DNA of 64,000 bases from Candidatus Uhrbacteria bacterium. GTDB lineage: Bacteria; Patescibacteriota; Patescibacteriia; UBA9934. Both the position numbers and the translations under genes were made by a program. The notes under the pieces are model-generated. The model did no database searches. It was not told the DNA's origin and saw only the letters and a program-made list of their open reading frames with translations. Location of the stretch: positions 82,195 to 146,194 of the forward strand of contig CALRHV010000001.1 of NCBI GenBank assembly GCA_943359525.1, given 5' to 3'. Positions within the stretch are counted from its first letter, which is position 1; each line of letters begins with the position of its first letter. This document shows positions 1 through 11,700 of the stretch, one piece after another.

Positions 1-254
1 AACTTGTCTTCGCCTTCATCAGCATCGCCTACGAGATGCCCGACGTCGGTGATGTTCATCACCTGCGTCACTGCGAAACCGTTCGCCTCGAACATTCTTC
101 GGAGAACGTCAGCAAAGAGGAATGATCGGAAGTTTCCAACGCTCGCAAAGTCGTACACGGTTGGACCACAACTATAGATCCCTACTTTTCCCGGCACCAA
201 CGGCGCAAAGGCCTGTTTCTTTCGGCCAAGAGTGTTAAAAAGATGGATCGACAT
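1..254 (-). CDS. cysS: cysteine--tRNA ligase-like class I aaRS, N-terminal part (gene runs off the window start)
   Basis: Minus-strand translation from the ATG at 254 gives [67 protein letters not shown]. This matches the CysS N-terminal pattern (CG.TVYD ... NITD), but the HIGH motif is degenerate (SVGN). Confidence 0.55.
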   Translation of the reverse strand, partial: MSIHLFNTLGRKKQAFAPLVPGKVGIYSCGPTVYDFASVGNFRSFLFADVLRRMFEANGFAVTQVMNITDVGHLVGDADEGEDK

Positions 255-276
255 AGATGATGCGTAGACTACCATG

Positions 277-747
277 CTACGCCGTGGCGTGCATCATTGC
301 GCGGATCTTTTGTCGTTGATATCTGCCCTCAAGCGTGCCTTGTGCCAAAATGTGCCCCTCCATCGCGTCTTCAATCACTTGGCGTGGCGCGCCGTGGCCG
401 ATGTCCAAAATACAATCGAGTGCATAGCCGATGAAACGATATTCATGTTCACCAACTCCTGGGCATGGACCGCCATAACCAACCTCGCTGAAATCTGTTT
501 CTCCTTCACGTGCTCCTTGCGGGATACTGTTTTCGCGAACAACTCGCGTTGTTGGAGAAATATTCCACACACTCCAATGCAACCAATTTCCAGAAGGCGA
601 CGACGGGTCGTCCACCAACACCGCAATGCTCTGCGTGTCGCCAGGCACATCGTCGAACACAAGTTCTGGATTCACATCCTTCCCATCGCAAGTATATTTT
701 GCGGGGATCATCTCACCACTAAAGAACGCTGGAGACGTGACACGCAT
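277..747 (-). CDS. YbhB/YbcL (PEBP, Raf-kinase-inhibitor-like) family protein
   Basis: 156-aa ORF; the GYGGPCPP...HRY(RF) signature and overall layout are typical of bacterial PEBP proteins. Confidence 0.7.
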   Translation of the reverse strand: MRVTSPAFFSGEMIPAKYTCDGKDVNPELVFDDVPGDTQSIAVLVDDPSSPSGNWLHWSVWNISPTTRVVRENSIPQGAREGETDFSEVGYGGPCPGVGEHEYRFIGYALDCILDIGHGAPRQVIEDAMEGHILAQGTLEGRYQRQKIRAMMHATA

Positions 748-940
748 AGATGTCGAGACTAGTGACGGCGCACAAGATCATCGGCAGCGCATTGATGTGA
801 TGCATTGTACAAACGCATGAAGAAAGCGTGAAGCGGAATCATCCACATGTGTATCACTCACTTGACGAGAAATATTTTTGTTCGGAATCGAAAACGCGGC
901 CCGTGCGTAGGGCCGCGTCTCGTCTGTCGTGTGCATCGAA

Positions 941-1318
941 CTACGCTCGAACGGAATCGCTCTTCCGTTCCCACGTGCCGGTTCCGTCTGGGGAACGAAC
1001 GTTCGTTGCCGCACGCTGAAACGCGATCGCCTTCGGGTTGACCACCCGATCGTTGGACTGATAGATCCCCTCGCGACGAACCGACGCCGGAACGTAGGAG
1101 AGCTCAGCCGAGAACATCGCGCCGGGCGCGAACAGGAGCGCGATCTGTTCACGCGATTTTCCAGCGAAGTGCATTACGCGGAGCGGAAGGCCGCGTTCGG
1201 TGCACAGACGGTAGATCTTGCCGTCGGCGTCCACGAAAATCGTAAACTCCACCAGCGGTTCACCTTTGCCGGAATCGACGACTTCGCATGAACGAACAAC
1301 ACACAGGAACTGGGACAT
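941..1318 (-). CDS. hypothetical protein
   Basis: ORF 941..1366 (-); trimmed to ATG 1318 (MSQFLCVV...), which has an AAGGAG spaced ~5 nt upstream. Confidence 0.45.
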   Translation of the reverse strand: MSQFLCVVRSCEVVDSGKGEPLVEFTIFVDADGKIYRLCTERGLPLRVMHFAGKSREQIALLFAPGAMFSAELSYVPASVRREGIYQSNDRVVNPKAIAFQRAATNVRSPDGTGTWERKSDSVRA

Positions 1319-1394
1319 GGAAGGCTCCTTCTTCTGCAGTGAACTCTCTTCGTCCGAAATGGACACGTCACGCTAACACAATATCAGAAAAAAG

Positions 1395-1712
1395 TTAAGA
1401 GGAGGACGGCTCCACGTGATTCACCCATCCGTCAATTCGACGCATCTCCTTATCGATCATCGGCCCCTCATATTCACCGCTATGTGCGTGATTTGATCCG
1501 TACGACGGCTTCTTCTGATCAAGGTGCAAGCTGAACAGTACTTCGTCGCCTTTATGATCGACGTACAAATGAAATCGAGGATAGAACTCCCCCGTCAAAC
1601 GCAACACAAAACTATTCTCTCCGCTCTGCGGATCCGTAAACGCCGAATACCCCGCCTTCCGCAAAACGGCCAACGGGCTGTGCATCACCTTTTTATCGTA
1701 TGTGACTTTCAT
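1395..1712 (-). CDS. hypothetical small protein
   Basis: ORF 1395..1802 (-) overlaps the tRNA gene, so it was trimmed to the internal start MKVTYDKK at 1712. The product has a plausible globular composition. Confidence 0.4.
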   Translation of the reverse strand: MKVTYDKKVMHSPLAVLRKAGYSAFTDPQSGENSFVLRLTGEFYPRFHLYVDHKGDEVLFSLHLDQKKPSYGSNHAHSGEYEGPMIDKEMRRIDGWVNHVEPSSS

Positions 1713-1755
1713 ACCGCCAGTGTAACAAAAAAGAACCGCGGAGGCGATTCTTTGT

Positions 1756-1843
1756 TGGCGGAAGGGGAGAGATTCGAACTCTCGATACCTTGCGGTATAC
1801 ACGCGTTCCAGGCGTGCGCACTAGGCCACTATGCGACCCTTCC
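1756..1843 (-). tRNA. tRNA-Ser (anticodon GGA)
   Basis: Reverse complement folds as a cloverleaf: acceptor GGAAGGG/CCCTTCC, anticodon stem CACGC/GCGTG with loop CTGGAAC, long variable arm, T-arm GAGAG-TTCGAAT-CTCTC, discriminator G, encoded CCA. Confidence 0.85.
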
Positions 1844-1882
1844 GTATTTGGGTGACGGAAGAATAGCTGATATTATCCTTCC

Positions 1883-3130
1883 ATGCAATTCGACGATTCA
1901 GAACATTTCGACGTCATCGTTATTGGCGGCGGAGCTTCCGGGCTTATGGCTGCGGCGACCGCGGCAAGCCGTGGCAAGCGGGTTTTGATACTCGAAAAAA
2001 ATCCGGAGTGCGGACGAAAGCTGTCGATTTCCGGTGGCGGACGGTGCAATATTACCAACGCCGAGTTCGACACACATCTGTTTTCCGATAACTACGGCGA
2101 TGCAAAGAAGTTCCTGCTTTCTGCATTCTCCCAGTTCGGCGTTCAAGAAACTTTCGATTACTTCAATTCACGAGGGCTAGCATTCATCACCGAAGCTCGT
2201 AAACGCGCGTTTCCGATCACTCACTCGGCTCCCGACGTGACGAATCTCCTCCTCGACGAATGCAAAAAGCACCACGTCAGAATTCAAACCTCCTCCCCTG
2301 TCATCAAAATCGATTTCTTCGAGAATGAAATTCTTTCTGTTTCAACTCGAAACGTTACGTACACTGCGACCTCGTATATCTTCGCCACCGGCGGATCGTC
2401 GCATCCAGAAACCGGATCAACTGGCGACGGATTCCCGTGGCTCTCCAAACTCGGCCACACCGTCGTTACTCCAACACCGTCACTCGTTCCGCTTGCGGTT
2501 CGTGAGCGTTGGGTGACCGATCTCCAAGGGATCACGGTCAAAGACGTGAAGATTTCGTTTACCGTCGACGGCCGTAAAGCATTCAACAAAAAGGGCTCTA
2601 TTCTCTTTACACACTTCGGGATCTCCGGGCCAACCGTGCTGCACTCCGCAAAAGGCGTCGCCGATCTGCTCCCCGAGGGCGAAGTCGTCGCACATCTTGA
2701 TCTCTTCCCTACCCTCGACGAAGGCACACTCAGCCGAAATCTTGTCGAGCTCTTCGACGCGCACAAGAACACGATGATCAAGAACGTATTCGCGGGAATG
2801 CTGCTTACCGGAATCGTGAATCGATCATTGGTGGTCGCTGAAATCGACCCCGATATGCAAGTGAACAGCGTCACCAAGGAACAACGTTCCCGTCTCGTCA
2901 AAGCATTCAAGGATCTTTCCTTCCCTATCGACGGCCTCCTTGGCATGGACAAAGCCATCATCGCCGACGGCGGAGTTCCTCTCTCCGAAGTGTCGATGCA
3001 GACGATGAAAAGCAAAATCGTCTCCAATCTCTTCCTCACCGGTGACCTCTTCCACATCGTCCGCCCCTCCGGTGGCTACTCCCTCCAACTCTGCTGGACG
3101 ACAGGATTTATTGCAGGAAACGCAGCGTAA
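1883..3130 (+). CDS. HI0933/YhiN-family NAD(P)/FAD-dependent flavoprotein (BaiN-like)
   Basis: 415 aa; N-terminal dinucleotide-binding motif VIVIGGGASGLMAA; family-typical GGGRCNITN and C-terminal motifs. Confidence 0.8.
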   Translation: MQFDDSEHFDVIVIGGGASGLMAAATAASRGKRVLILEKNPECGRKLSISGGGRCNITNAEFDTHLFSDNYGDAKKFLLSAFSQFGVQETFDYFNSRGLAFITEARKRAFPITHSAPDVTNLLLDECKKHHVRIQTSSPVIKIDFFENEILSVSTRNVTYTATSYIFATGGSSHPETGSTGDGFPWLSKLGHTVVTPTPSLVPLAVRERWVTDLQGITVKDVKISFTVDGRKAFNKKGSILFTHFGISGPTVLHSAKGVADLLPEGEVVAHLDLFPTLDEGTLSRNLVELFDAHKNTMIKNVFAGMLLTGIVNRSLVVAEIDPDMQVNSVTKEQRSRLVKAFKDLSFPIDGLLGMDKAIIADGGVPLSEVSMQTMKSKIVSNLFLTGDLFHIVRPSGGYSLQLCWTTGFIAGNAA

Positions 3131-3345
3131 ATTGGGCGAATCCTTGCGGAAAACGCGAGAACATGGTACTCTTTCGTTGCTTTGATTCGTCCTCAGTGTC
3201 GAATCTGTCCGTTGTGCCACGTGCACAATACGACCGGATTTCTGTCCGCGATACCGCGAAACGAGAAATCAAGCACTCTATTCAAGAGAACTTGCTGATT
3301 TCATCGTTTCGATTGAATCTTTCACGTTCTCACTGACATTCTTTC

Positions 3346-4803
3346 ATGACACACACAACCACAGCCGCACCAAGCGGCTTTGAAGGACTTGGCATTGCGC
3401 CAACGCTTCTCGAGATCCTTACGAAACACGGGTACACCACACCAACGCCAATTCAGCACCAGTCCATTCCAGTGGCGGTTGCCGGAAACGACGTGATTGG
3501 TATTGCCCAAACCGGTACGGGGAAAACGCTCGCATTCGGCATTCCAATGATCCAACGCCTTGCCCAGTTTAAAGGTCGTGGCTTGGTCATTTTGCCTACG
3601 CGCGAACTTGCACTGCAGGTGGATGAAAACCTCAAAAAGCTCGGCGCAGGTATTGGCATGAAAACTGCAGTGCTTATTGGCGGCGCTTCAATGCACCTCC
3701 AAAAGAAGGCCTTGCAAACAAAGCCACACGTTATCGTTGCGACTCCTGGTCGTCTTATTGATCATCTTGAGCAGAAAACGATTCGTTTGGACGACGTGAA
3801 GGTTCTTGTCCTCGACGAAGCCGACCGCATGTTGGACATGGGTTTTGCTCCGCAGATCGCAAAAATCCTCGCAACCGTGCCAAAGGACCGTCAAACAATG
3901 CTCTTCTCCGCAACCATGCCACTTGAAATTGTTCGCATCGCCAACACCGCAATGCGCACACCGGTTCGCGTGGAAGTTGCCCCACAAGGCACACTTGCAG
4001 AACGCGTCGAGCAAGAACTCATCTTCATCCCAAAACACGACAAGGAACGCATGCTCGAACTTCTCTTGAAGGAAACCGAGGGTACCGTCCTCGTGTTCTC
4101 TCGCACCAAACACGGCGCAAAGAAAATCGCTCGCGCCGTTCAGGCCATGGGAAACACCGTGGACGAGCTGCACTCAAACCGTTCATTGGCACAACGCCGC
4201 GGCGCACTTGAAGGCTTCAAATCCGGAAAGTATCGCGTGCTTGTTGCAACCGACATCGCCGCTCGTGGAATTGACGTGAAGGGCATTGCCCTCGTTATTA
4301 ACTACGATTTGCCAGACAATCCAGACGATTACGTTCACCGCATTGGTCGTACTGGCCGTGCAGGAATGGCTGGTAAGGCGGTTTCATTCGCAACACCAGA
4401 CCAGCGTGGCGATGTGAAGGGTATTGAACGCGTGATTCGTGGACTCATTCCATTGAAGCCTGTACCAAAGAACCTTCCAGCGTATCGCAACCTTCCACCA
4501 ATGGAACGCGATAACGATCCTCATGCTCGTGGGATTCGCGGAGAGAAAAAGTACGGTGCGCCATCAAGCGAGCGAAAGTACGGCGCAGCGCCACAAAAGG
4601 CGTACGAAAAGCAGTACAACGACCGCGGTTCAAAGCCAGTGCCACAAGGCCAGCATCGCGCAAAGCGATACGACACCGGTACGGCATCGGTAGCACCGTC
4701 GATGACGCCTCGTCCAATGACAGCATCAGTGACGACACAATCGTACGTTGCACCATCGGCAAATCAATTTGCACCATCGGCACCACGAAAGTTCCGGAAG
4801 TAA
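3346..4803 (+). CDS. DEAD-box ATP-dependent RNA helicase (DeaD/RhlE-like) with a basic low-complexity C-terminal tail
   Basis: Q-motif PTPIQ, motif I AQTGTGKT, DEAD, SAT, HRIGRTGR; about 215 nt of untranslated leader upstream. Confidence 0.9.
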   Translation: MTHTTTAAPSGFEGLGIAPTLLEILTKHGYTTPTPIQHQSIPVAVAGNDVIGIAQTGTGKTLAFGIPMIQRLAQFKGRGLVILPTRELALQVDENLKKLGAGIGMKTAVLIGGASMHLQKKALQTKPHVIVATPGRLIDHLEQKTIRLDDVKVLVLDEADRMLDMGFAPQIAKILATVPKDRQTMLFSATMPLEIVRIANTAMRTPVRVEVAPQGTLAERVEQELIFIPKHDKERMLELLLKETEGTVLVFSRTKHGAKKIARAVQAMGNTVDELHSNRSLAQRRGALEGFKSGKYRVLVATDIAARGIDVKGIALVINYDLPDNPDDYVHRIGRTGRAGMAGKAVSFATPDQRGDVKGIERVIRGLIPLKPVPKNLPAYRNLPPMERDNDPHARGIRGEKKYGAPSSERKYGAAPQKAYEKQYNDRGSKPVPQGQHRAKRYDTGTASVAPSMTPRPMTASVTTQSYVAPSANQFAPSAPRKFRK

Positions 4804-4811
4804 AATCACAA

Positions 4812-4850
4812 AGAACGCAGCTCAGAAATGAGCTGCGTTCTTTTGCATTG
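4812..4850. terminator. bidirectional rho-independent terminator between convergent helicase and dsbA-like genes
   Basis: AAAGAACGCAGCTCA-gaaa-TGAGCTGCGTTCTTTTGCATT: an 11-bp perfect stem flanked by an A-run and a T-run. Confidence 0.7.
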
Positions 4851-4868
4851 AACCGATCGTGCCATGCG

Positions 4869-5663
4869 CTATTTTGCCTTCGCAATCGCGTCGTCAATCA
4901 TCTTCTTCATACTCGCGTAAGGAACTGCGCCGGAAACAAGCGTGCCGTTCACGAACGTTGCCGGGGTTCCACTTACACCAGCCGTTCTGCCGGATGCTGC
5001 ACCCGCATCAACAACGCTCTGGTACTTCGCGCTGCTCACACAGTCGGCGAATTTCTTTGTATCAAGTTTAAGATCCGAAGCGATTTTGTTCACGAATGTC
5101 GTCGATGTCGCTGCATCGCCAGAAATCTGAGACTGGTCCGCGTACATTGCATCAGAGAACTCCCAGAACTTTCCTTGCTCACTTGCACATTCACTCGCAA
5201 GTGCCACTGGCTCCGCATTTGGATGAAACGACAATGGGAAGTGACGGTATACCCATGCAACATCGTCTCCGTAGTCCTTCACGATCTGCTGCATGGTTGG
5301 ATCATGTTTTGCACAATACGGACACTGGAAATCACTGTACTCCACCAACACCACCTTTGCCTTCTTGATATCCCCGCGAACGTGATCCTTGTCCGTTACG
5401 GGATCGAGTTTCCCTGCTGCTGCAGCGGCCACCGGTGCCGTCGCGGCTACTGGTGCCGCCACAGCTGAATTTGCTGCCGTGTCGATTGCTCCGCTGGAAA
5501 TGAGAGCAAAATTATTCAATAAAAGAATAATTGCCATTCCACTCGTCACACCAAACGTGAACATCGTTCGTGGATTTCCGTCAAGAAACCCAGGAGCTGA
5601 GGACTGGATCGGCGTAGATTCAATTGGTGCAGACCCCGGTACTTGGTTCATTTCATCAGACAT
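4869..5663 (-). CDS. DsbA-family thiol:disulfide oxidoreductase, membrane-anchored
   Basis: CPYC active site (VEYSDFQCPYCAKH) in a thioredoxin fold; N-terminal hydrophobic segment. Confidence 0.8.
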   Translation of the reverse strand: MSDEMNQVPGSAPIESTPIQSSAPGFLDGNPRTMFTFGVTSGMAIILLLNNFALISSGAIDTAANSAVAAPVAATAPVAAAAAGKLDPVTDKDHVRGDIKKAKVVLVEYSDFQCPYCAKHDPTMQQIVKDYGDDVAWVYRHFPLSFHPNAEPVALASECASEQGKFWEFSDAMYADQSQISGDAATSTTFVNKIASDLKLDTKKFADCVSSAKYQSVVDAGAASGRTAGVSGTPATFVNGTLVSGAVPYASMKKMIDDAIAKAK

Positions 5664-5699
5664 ACGTAGATATTACAGTTCGATGGAAGTCTATCAGCT

Positions 5700-6452
5700 T
5701 CAGAGGTTTCTCGCGCCTCTTTTTATCCACATTATGAAGAAGGCGCCGATTCCAAAAAGGACGATTGAGAAATACTGGCCTGGCGTTAAACCAAAATATC
5801 GAACGTCAATCACGCGCAAAAAGTCTAGGCCAAATCGCGTAACGCCATACCAAAGCGCAAATATTGCAAGATATGTTCCGACTGGACGCTCTTTTCGCGA
5901 AAGCCAGAACATCACAATCGCAAGAATACACGCGTTGATCGATAAATACAGCCCGAGATCGTGTCGCACGACGCCGTCGGGATACTGCACGCCGAGGATA
6001 AAATCGGTCGCCGTACCCGGATGATCGTGAATCAGGAAGCAACCGATTCTGCCAATCCATTTTCCGAATGGAAGACCGAATGCAATGACATCGGCGTAAC
6101 GAAAGACATCGACTTTTCGATGACGCAAATACAGAACACCCACGATCGACGCGAGAATAATTCCGCCGTACACCGACAGCCCCCCTTTCCAAATCTCGAA
6201 AATCTCCACAGGATGTGCCCAGTAATACGCGGGATCGTAGAAGAGAACATGACCGAGTCTGCCACCAACCATTCCCGCAATCGCCAACCACATCGTTACG
6301 TCGATAATGACCGCCGGATCGTCGCCTCGTCGCTTCGCTAACCAACACCCGGCCGCCGACCCAGCAACAAAACCAAGCGCGACGAATAGCCCCCAGACGT
6401 GGAGTGTGAGGGGACCGATGGAGAAAATCGTTGTGGAGAAATATGGGATCAT
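5700..6452 (-). CDS. lgt: prolipoprotein diacylglyceryl transferase
   Basis: 250-aa polytopic membrane protein with the Lgt signature region ...GKWIGRIGCFLIHDHPG... Confidence 0.8.
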   Translation of the reverse strand: MIPYFSTTIFSIGPLTLHVWGLFVALGFVAGSAAGCWLAKRRGDDPAVIIDVTMWLAIAGMVGGRLGHVLFYDPAYYWAHPVEIFEIWKGGLSVYGGIILASIVGVLYLRHRKVDVFRYADVIAFGLPFGKWIGRIGCFLIHDHPGTATDFILGVQYPDGVVRHDLGLYLSINACILAIVMFWLSRKERPVGTYLAIFALWYGVTRFGLDFLRVIDVRYFGLTPGQYFSIVLFGIGAFFIMWIKRGARNL

Positions 6453-6907
6453 AGCGCCCCCAACACAATCAACGCTCGTTTAAATTCGACGATTGCTTTT
6501 TGCGCTTGCGAGATTTTCATTTCTGATCCTGCTTCATGCACCAACGTATTTCGGAGTGAACGCGCCCAAAAAGTTCGTTGAAGGTCGTGATATTTTCGGC
6601 TTGCGAATTTTAATCTCTCCCCTGTTGTTGTTCCTGGAAACGATTTTGCCTTCAGCGCAAGATCGAGCACCGCATCGGCCTGTATGATCGCGAGCTTCAA
6701 ACTCATCGCGTCACCTCGATTCGCTAAATCCTCAACCGCCTTCCAATGCTTCGCGACATTATCGCGCTCGCTTCCAAACCTCCACCGCCGCATTGCCCTG
6801 CGAAGCCATACTGTCGCGATCAATAACAATACAAAACCGACGATGCCGATGACGACGTACGGAAGTACGGCTGATGCCATCGATGCAACGTCGGTGTTCA
6901 TACTCAT
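6449..6907 (-). CDS. hypothetical membrane-anchored protein
   Basis: 152 aa; one N-terminal TM helix followed by a helical soluble part; 4-nt overlaps with both neighbours. Confidence 0.5.
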   Translation of the reverse strand: MSMNTDVASMASAVLPYVVIGIVGFVLLLIATVWLRRAMRRWRFGSERDNVAKHWKAVEDLANRGDAMSLKLAIIQADAVLDLALKAKSFPGTTTGERLKFASRKYHDLQRTFWARSLRNTLVHEAGSEMKISQAQKAIVEFKRALIVLGAL

Positions 6908-8331
6908 GATGCATTATGCAACGCTTCAAACGCCGCAGCAACTTGCAATACTCTATTGTCGTCAAAACTCTTTCCAAGAATCTGCAATCCAACCGGCAAA
7001 CCATGTGCAGTGCCGCAAGGAACGGAGATACCTGGGATGCCGAGGATGTTTGCAGAGACGGTGAAGACGTCGGCGAGATACATGGAGACTGGATCATCCA
7101 TCTTTTCGCCAATTCCCCATGCCGCAATCGGCGAGACTGGTCCGACGATGACATCCACTTTCTTGAGCGCAGCGTCGAATTCCATCTTCATTGCTGCACG
7201 AACCGCAATCGCTTTCTTGTAGAACGCATCGTAGTAGCCAGCAGACAAAATGAATGTTCCCAGCATGATGCGACGCTTTGCTTCTGCGCCGAGTCCTGCA
7301 CCCCGAGCGGATCGATAACTTTCCTCGATTGCGCCTTCCCCACGATTGCCGTAGCGCATGCCATCAAAACGCGCCAAGTTGCTGCTCGCTTCTGCCGGCT
7401 GAATAATGTAGAACGCCGGCAACGCGTACGGCGCAAGCGGCAAAGACATGTTCACGATTTCTGCTCCGCCCTTCTTCAGTGTCTCGATCGCTTCGTGAAT
7501 TCGCGCGGCAACGTCCTCATCCATTCCGTCGATGAAATATTCTTTCGGCACGCCGATCCGAACACCTGCGAGGTCGGATGACACGTTTTCCGATGTTAGG
7601 TCGTCAAGAACAACCGATGTTGCATCGTGTGAATCTTTTCCTTCAATAATCGACAACACGATCGCAACGTCTTCAACCGTTGTTGCAATCGGGCCGATCT
7701 GATCGAGACTGGAACCGTCGGCGATCAAGCCGTAGCGCGAAACACGACCATACGTTGGCTTCATTCCCACAACACCACACAGTGATGATGGCTGACGGAT
7801 CGATCCGCCAGTATCGGAACCAAGCGCAGCAGGAATCATTCCTGCGGCCACAGCAGCAGCAGATCCGCCGGACGTTCCACCTGGAACTTTCGAGGTGTCG
7901 CGTGGGTTCTTCGTGACGTGAAATGCCGACGATTCGGTCGATGATCCGAACGCAAACTCGTCCATGTTCGTTCGGCCGATGATGATCGCACCGGCAGCTT
8001 GAAGACGAGTAACAACGGTCGCAGTGTAACTTGCGCGATAATCTGCGAGCATCTTTGAACCGGCACTCGCGATGTGGCCCATCACGAGCATGTTGTCTTT
8101 GAGCGCAATCGGAACTCCGGCCAATGGAAGATCGACCTCTCCTTTTGCGTGACGAGCGTCCACTTCTTTAGCCGCCTTCCGTGCATCGGTAGCGAACACT
8201 TCGAGAAATGCGCCGATCTCACCGTCTTTCTCCTCGATTCTACGTAATGCTTCATCGACTATCGATAGCGCGGTTACCGATCCCCCATTCACGGAATCCC
8301 GAATTGATTTTACGGTCCAATTGGTGTTCAT
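6904..8331 (-). CDS. gatA: Asp-tRNA(Asn)/Glu-tRNA(Gln) amidotransferase subunit A
   Basis: 475 aa; amidase signature GGSSGGSAAAVAAG plus Ser-cisSer-Lys context. Confidence 0.9.
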   Translation of the reverse strand: MNTNWTVKSIRDSVNGGSVTALSIVDEALRRIEEKDGEIGAFLEVFATDARKAAKEVDARHAKGEVDLPLAGVPIALKDNMLVMGHIASAGSKMLADYRASYTATVVTRLQAAGAIIIGRTNMDEFAFGSSTESSAFHVTKNPRDTSKVPGGTSGGSAAAVAAGMIPAALGSDTGGSIRQPSSLCGVVGMKPTYGRVSRYGLIADGSSLDQIGPIATTVEDVAIVLSIIEGKDSHDATSVVLDDLTSENVSSDLAGVRIGVPKEYFIDGMDEDVAARIHEAIETLKKGGAEIVNMSLPLAPYALPAFYIIQPAEASSNLARFDGMRYGNRGEGAIEESYRSARGAGLGAEAKRRIMLGTFILSAGYYDAFYKKAIAVRAAMKMEFDAALKKVDVIVGPVSPIAAWGIGEKMDDPVSMYLADVFTVSANILGIPGISVPCGTAHGLPVGLQILGKSFDDNRVLQVAAAFEALHNAS

Positions 8332-8334
8332 AGA

Positions 8335-8619
8335 TTACGCGGCAAACACACCAGGAACTTCCATTGCACCGCCGACCTGCTTTGGGAACGCGGCAATAAC
8401 CGCGTCGCGCTCTTCGCGAGATGAGGTGATTACGTCTTCGCGAAGCACGTTTACCGCGTCCGTAAGATACGCTTTCGCATCAACACCAGATGTGTCGACC
8501 TCTTGCAGCTTACTGACGTATGCCAAAATGTCGGGCAGCTGACGTGCGAGCATCTCCATTTCTTCGTCGGTAAGCTGTAATTTGGCTAAGGTTGCAAGCC
8601 GTTTGATGTCGATGTCCAT
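8335..8619 (-). CDS. gatC: Asp-tRNA(Asn)/Glu-tRNA(Gln) amidotransferase subunit C
   Basis: 94 aa; MDIDIKRLATLAKLQLTDEEMEML... is typical of GatC; lies directly upstream of gatA. Confidence 0.8.
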   Translation of the reverse strand: MDIDIKRLATLAKLQLTDEEMEMLARQLPDILAYVSKLQEVDTSGVDAKAYLTDAVNVLREDVITSSREERDAVIAAFPKQVGGAMEVPGVFAA

Positions 8620-8622
8620 AGA

Positions 8623-10707
<2,085 letters not shown>

Positions 10708-10787
10708 AATCTGATCTTAGACGGGTTGTGAGATTAGTGTGAAAGGCAGGGAGTGCGGGTGCTGCGACAGAAAACGGTACCCTCTGT

Positions 10788-11080
10788 TTTTGAGGTTTTA
10801 GAACTGGGCAATAGAATACGTTCTGATCCTAAAATCGAGAAATAATGAAATCGATTTCGGATCTTCGCGATCGCCGATCGTAGACGGCATTATCGACAAC
10901 CTCGTCGATCGTAAATATCGACCATCGGTTTCTTAACGCGAAATGTTCGCATTACCAAAGACCCTGTTTGAAATTGAACACCCCCTCACTCTCCTCGCCC
11001 AACTCAGGCTCGTCGAGCGTCGCCGATGATGTCATTATTGCCAACACCTCCGTCACAACCCTCCAAAGATCAGGTTCATT
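10788..11080. repeat. copy 1 of a conserved ~270-nt duplicated non-coding element (candidate structured RNA), abutting the stop codon of the minus-strand ORF 11076..11657
   Basis: Aligns by eye at roughly 75% identity over ~270 nt with 51866..52130. Shared blocks include GGTTTTA.AA..GGC.ATAGAA, GAAATCGATTTC, CGATCG.AGACGGC, GATCGT.AATAT, CTTAACGCGAAA..TTCGCATTA.CAAA..CCCTGTTTGAAAT.GAA..CCCCC, and CC.CCCG.CACA.CC.TCCAA.GATCAG.TTCA ending at a TCA/TGA stop. Confidence 0.7.
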
Positions 11081-11657
11081 CCATTTTAAACGCCAAACGC
11101 TCGAGTCCGAAGACCCGAGCGCTGCGTACTCGCCGACCGTTGCCGACGAGGGTGATGAAGGGGCCTATGAAGTGCTCAGCGAGAAGCTGAGTGATCTCTT
11201 CCTTGGCTCCACGAGCGATGATGTCGAAGGGTACCGTGTGGCCTTCCGCGTTGATGACGGCGAATCGACAGCCTTCGTGACCGTGTTTCACTGCGATGAA
11301 ACGAGTCAGCACGGAGCCAGGCATCACCTGATCTTCACCGAACATCACACGGCGAGCCTCCTGCGGAATCGCGCCGAGATCGATGACGCTGAACTCCTTC
11401 CACACGAACTTCGCGAGGTAGGCGTTCCGGATCATGTTCGCGAGCGCAGGCCAGCCGGGCTTCGCGGTGACAGGCATGAGCGGGTCGCCACGGAGAGCCT
11501 GGGCGAAGCTCATGTCAGGCGCTCCGGAGAAGAGGCGGCTGTGAGAGACGGGAATACCGAGGAGTCGGCAGAGGGACAGGGGAATGAAGTTCACGTTTTC
11601 ACCAGGGAACGGGTTAATCGAACACTTTATAATAGCATATTTCCCAATAAAAAGCAA
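11076..11657 (-). CDS. hypothetical protein; strand assignment uncertain because an exact antisense ORF 10968..11660 (+) also exists
   Basis: The stop codon sits at the same position of the duplicated element as the topIB stop in copy 2. The C-terminal half looks like a globular protein. The listed start overlaps the pilD terminator T-tract, so the true start is probably an internal Met, e.g. MSFAQ near 11513. Confidence 0.35.
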   Translation of the reverse strand: MLFIGKYAIIKCSINPFPGENVNFIPLSLCRLLGIPVSHSRLFSGAPDMSFAQALRGDPLMPVTAKPGWPALANMIRNAYLAKFVWKEFSVIDLGAIPQEARRVMFGEDQVMPGSVLTRFIAVKHGHEGCRFAVINAEGHTVPFDIIARGAKEEITQLLAEHFIGPFITLVGNGRRVRSARVFGLERLAFKME

Positions 11658-11685
11658 TAATACGGCTAGGATTAGCCGTATTATT
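11641..11685 (-). terminator. rho-independent terminator downstream of pilD
   Basis: Perfect 13-bp stem AATAATACGGCTA-GGA-TTAGCCGTATTATT followed on the minus strand by TTTTTATTGGG. Confidence 0.7.
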
Positions 11686-11700
11686 GGAGGGAATCGTCGC

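Noticed and set aside
274-762. 162-aa plus-strand ORF
   Set aside because: Exact antisense of the PEBP-family gene 277..747 (-); the product is Arg/His/Cys-rich with no protein-like pattern.
1395-1802. Full-length 135-aa ORF
   Set aside because: The upstream third overlaps the tRNA-Ser gene (1756-1843); trimmed to the internal start at 1712.
10968-11660. 230-aa plus-strand ORF antisense to 11076..11657 (-)
   Set aside because: Its ATG lies inside the duplicated non-coding element. Its product is Asp/Glu/Arg/His-rich. The minus ORF's stop coincides with the homologous stop of topIB in copy 2 of the element. Not fully excluded: a strong hairpin at 11656-11685 could also serve as its terminator.
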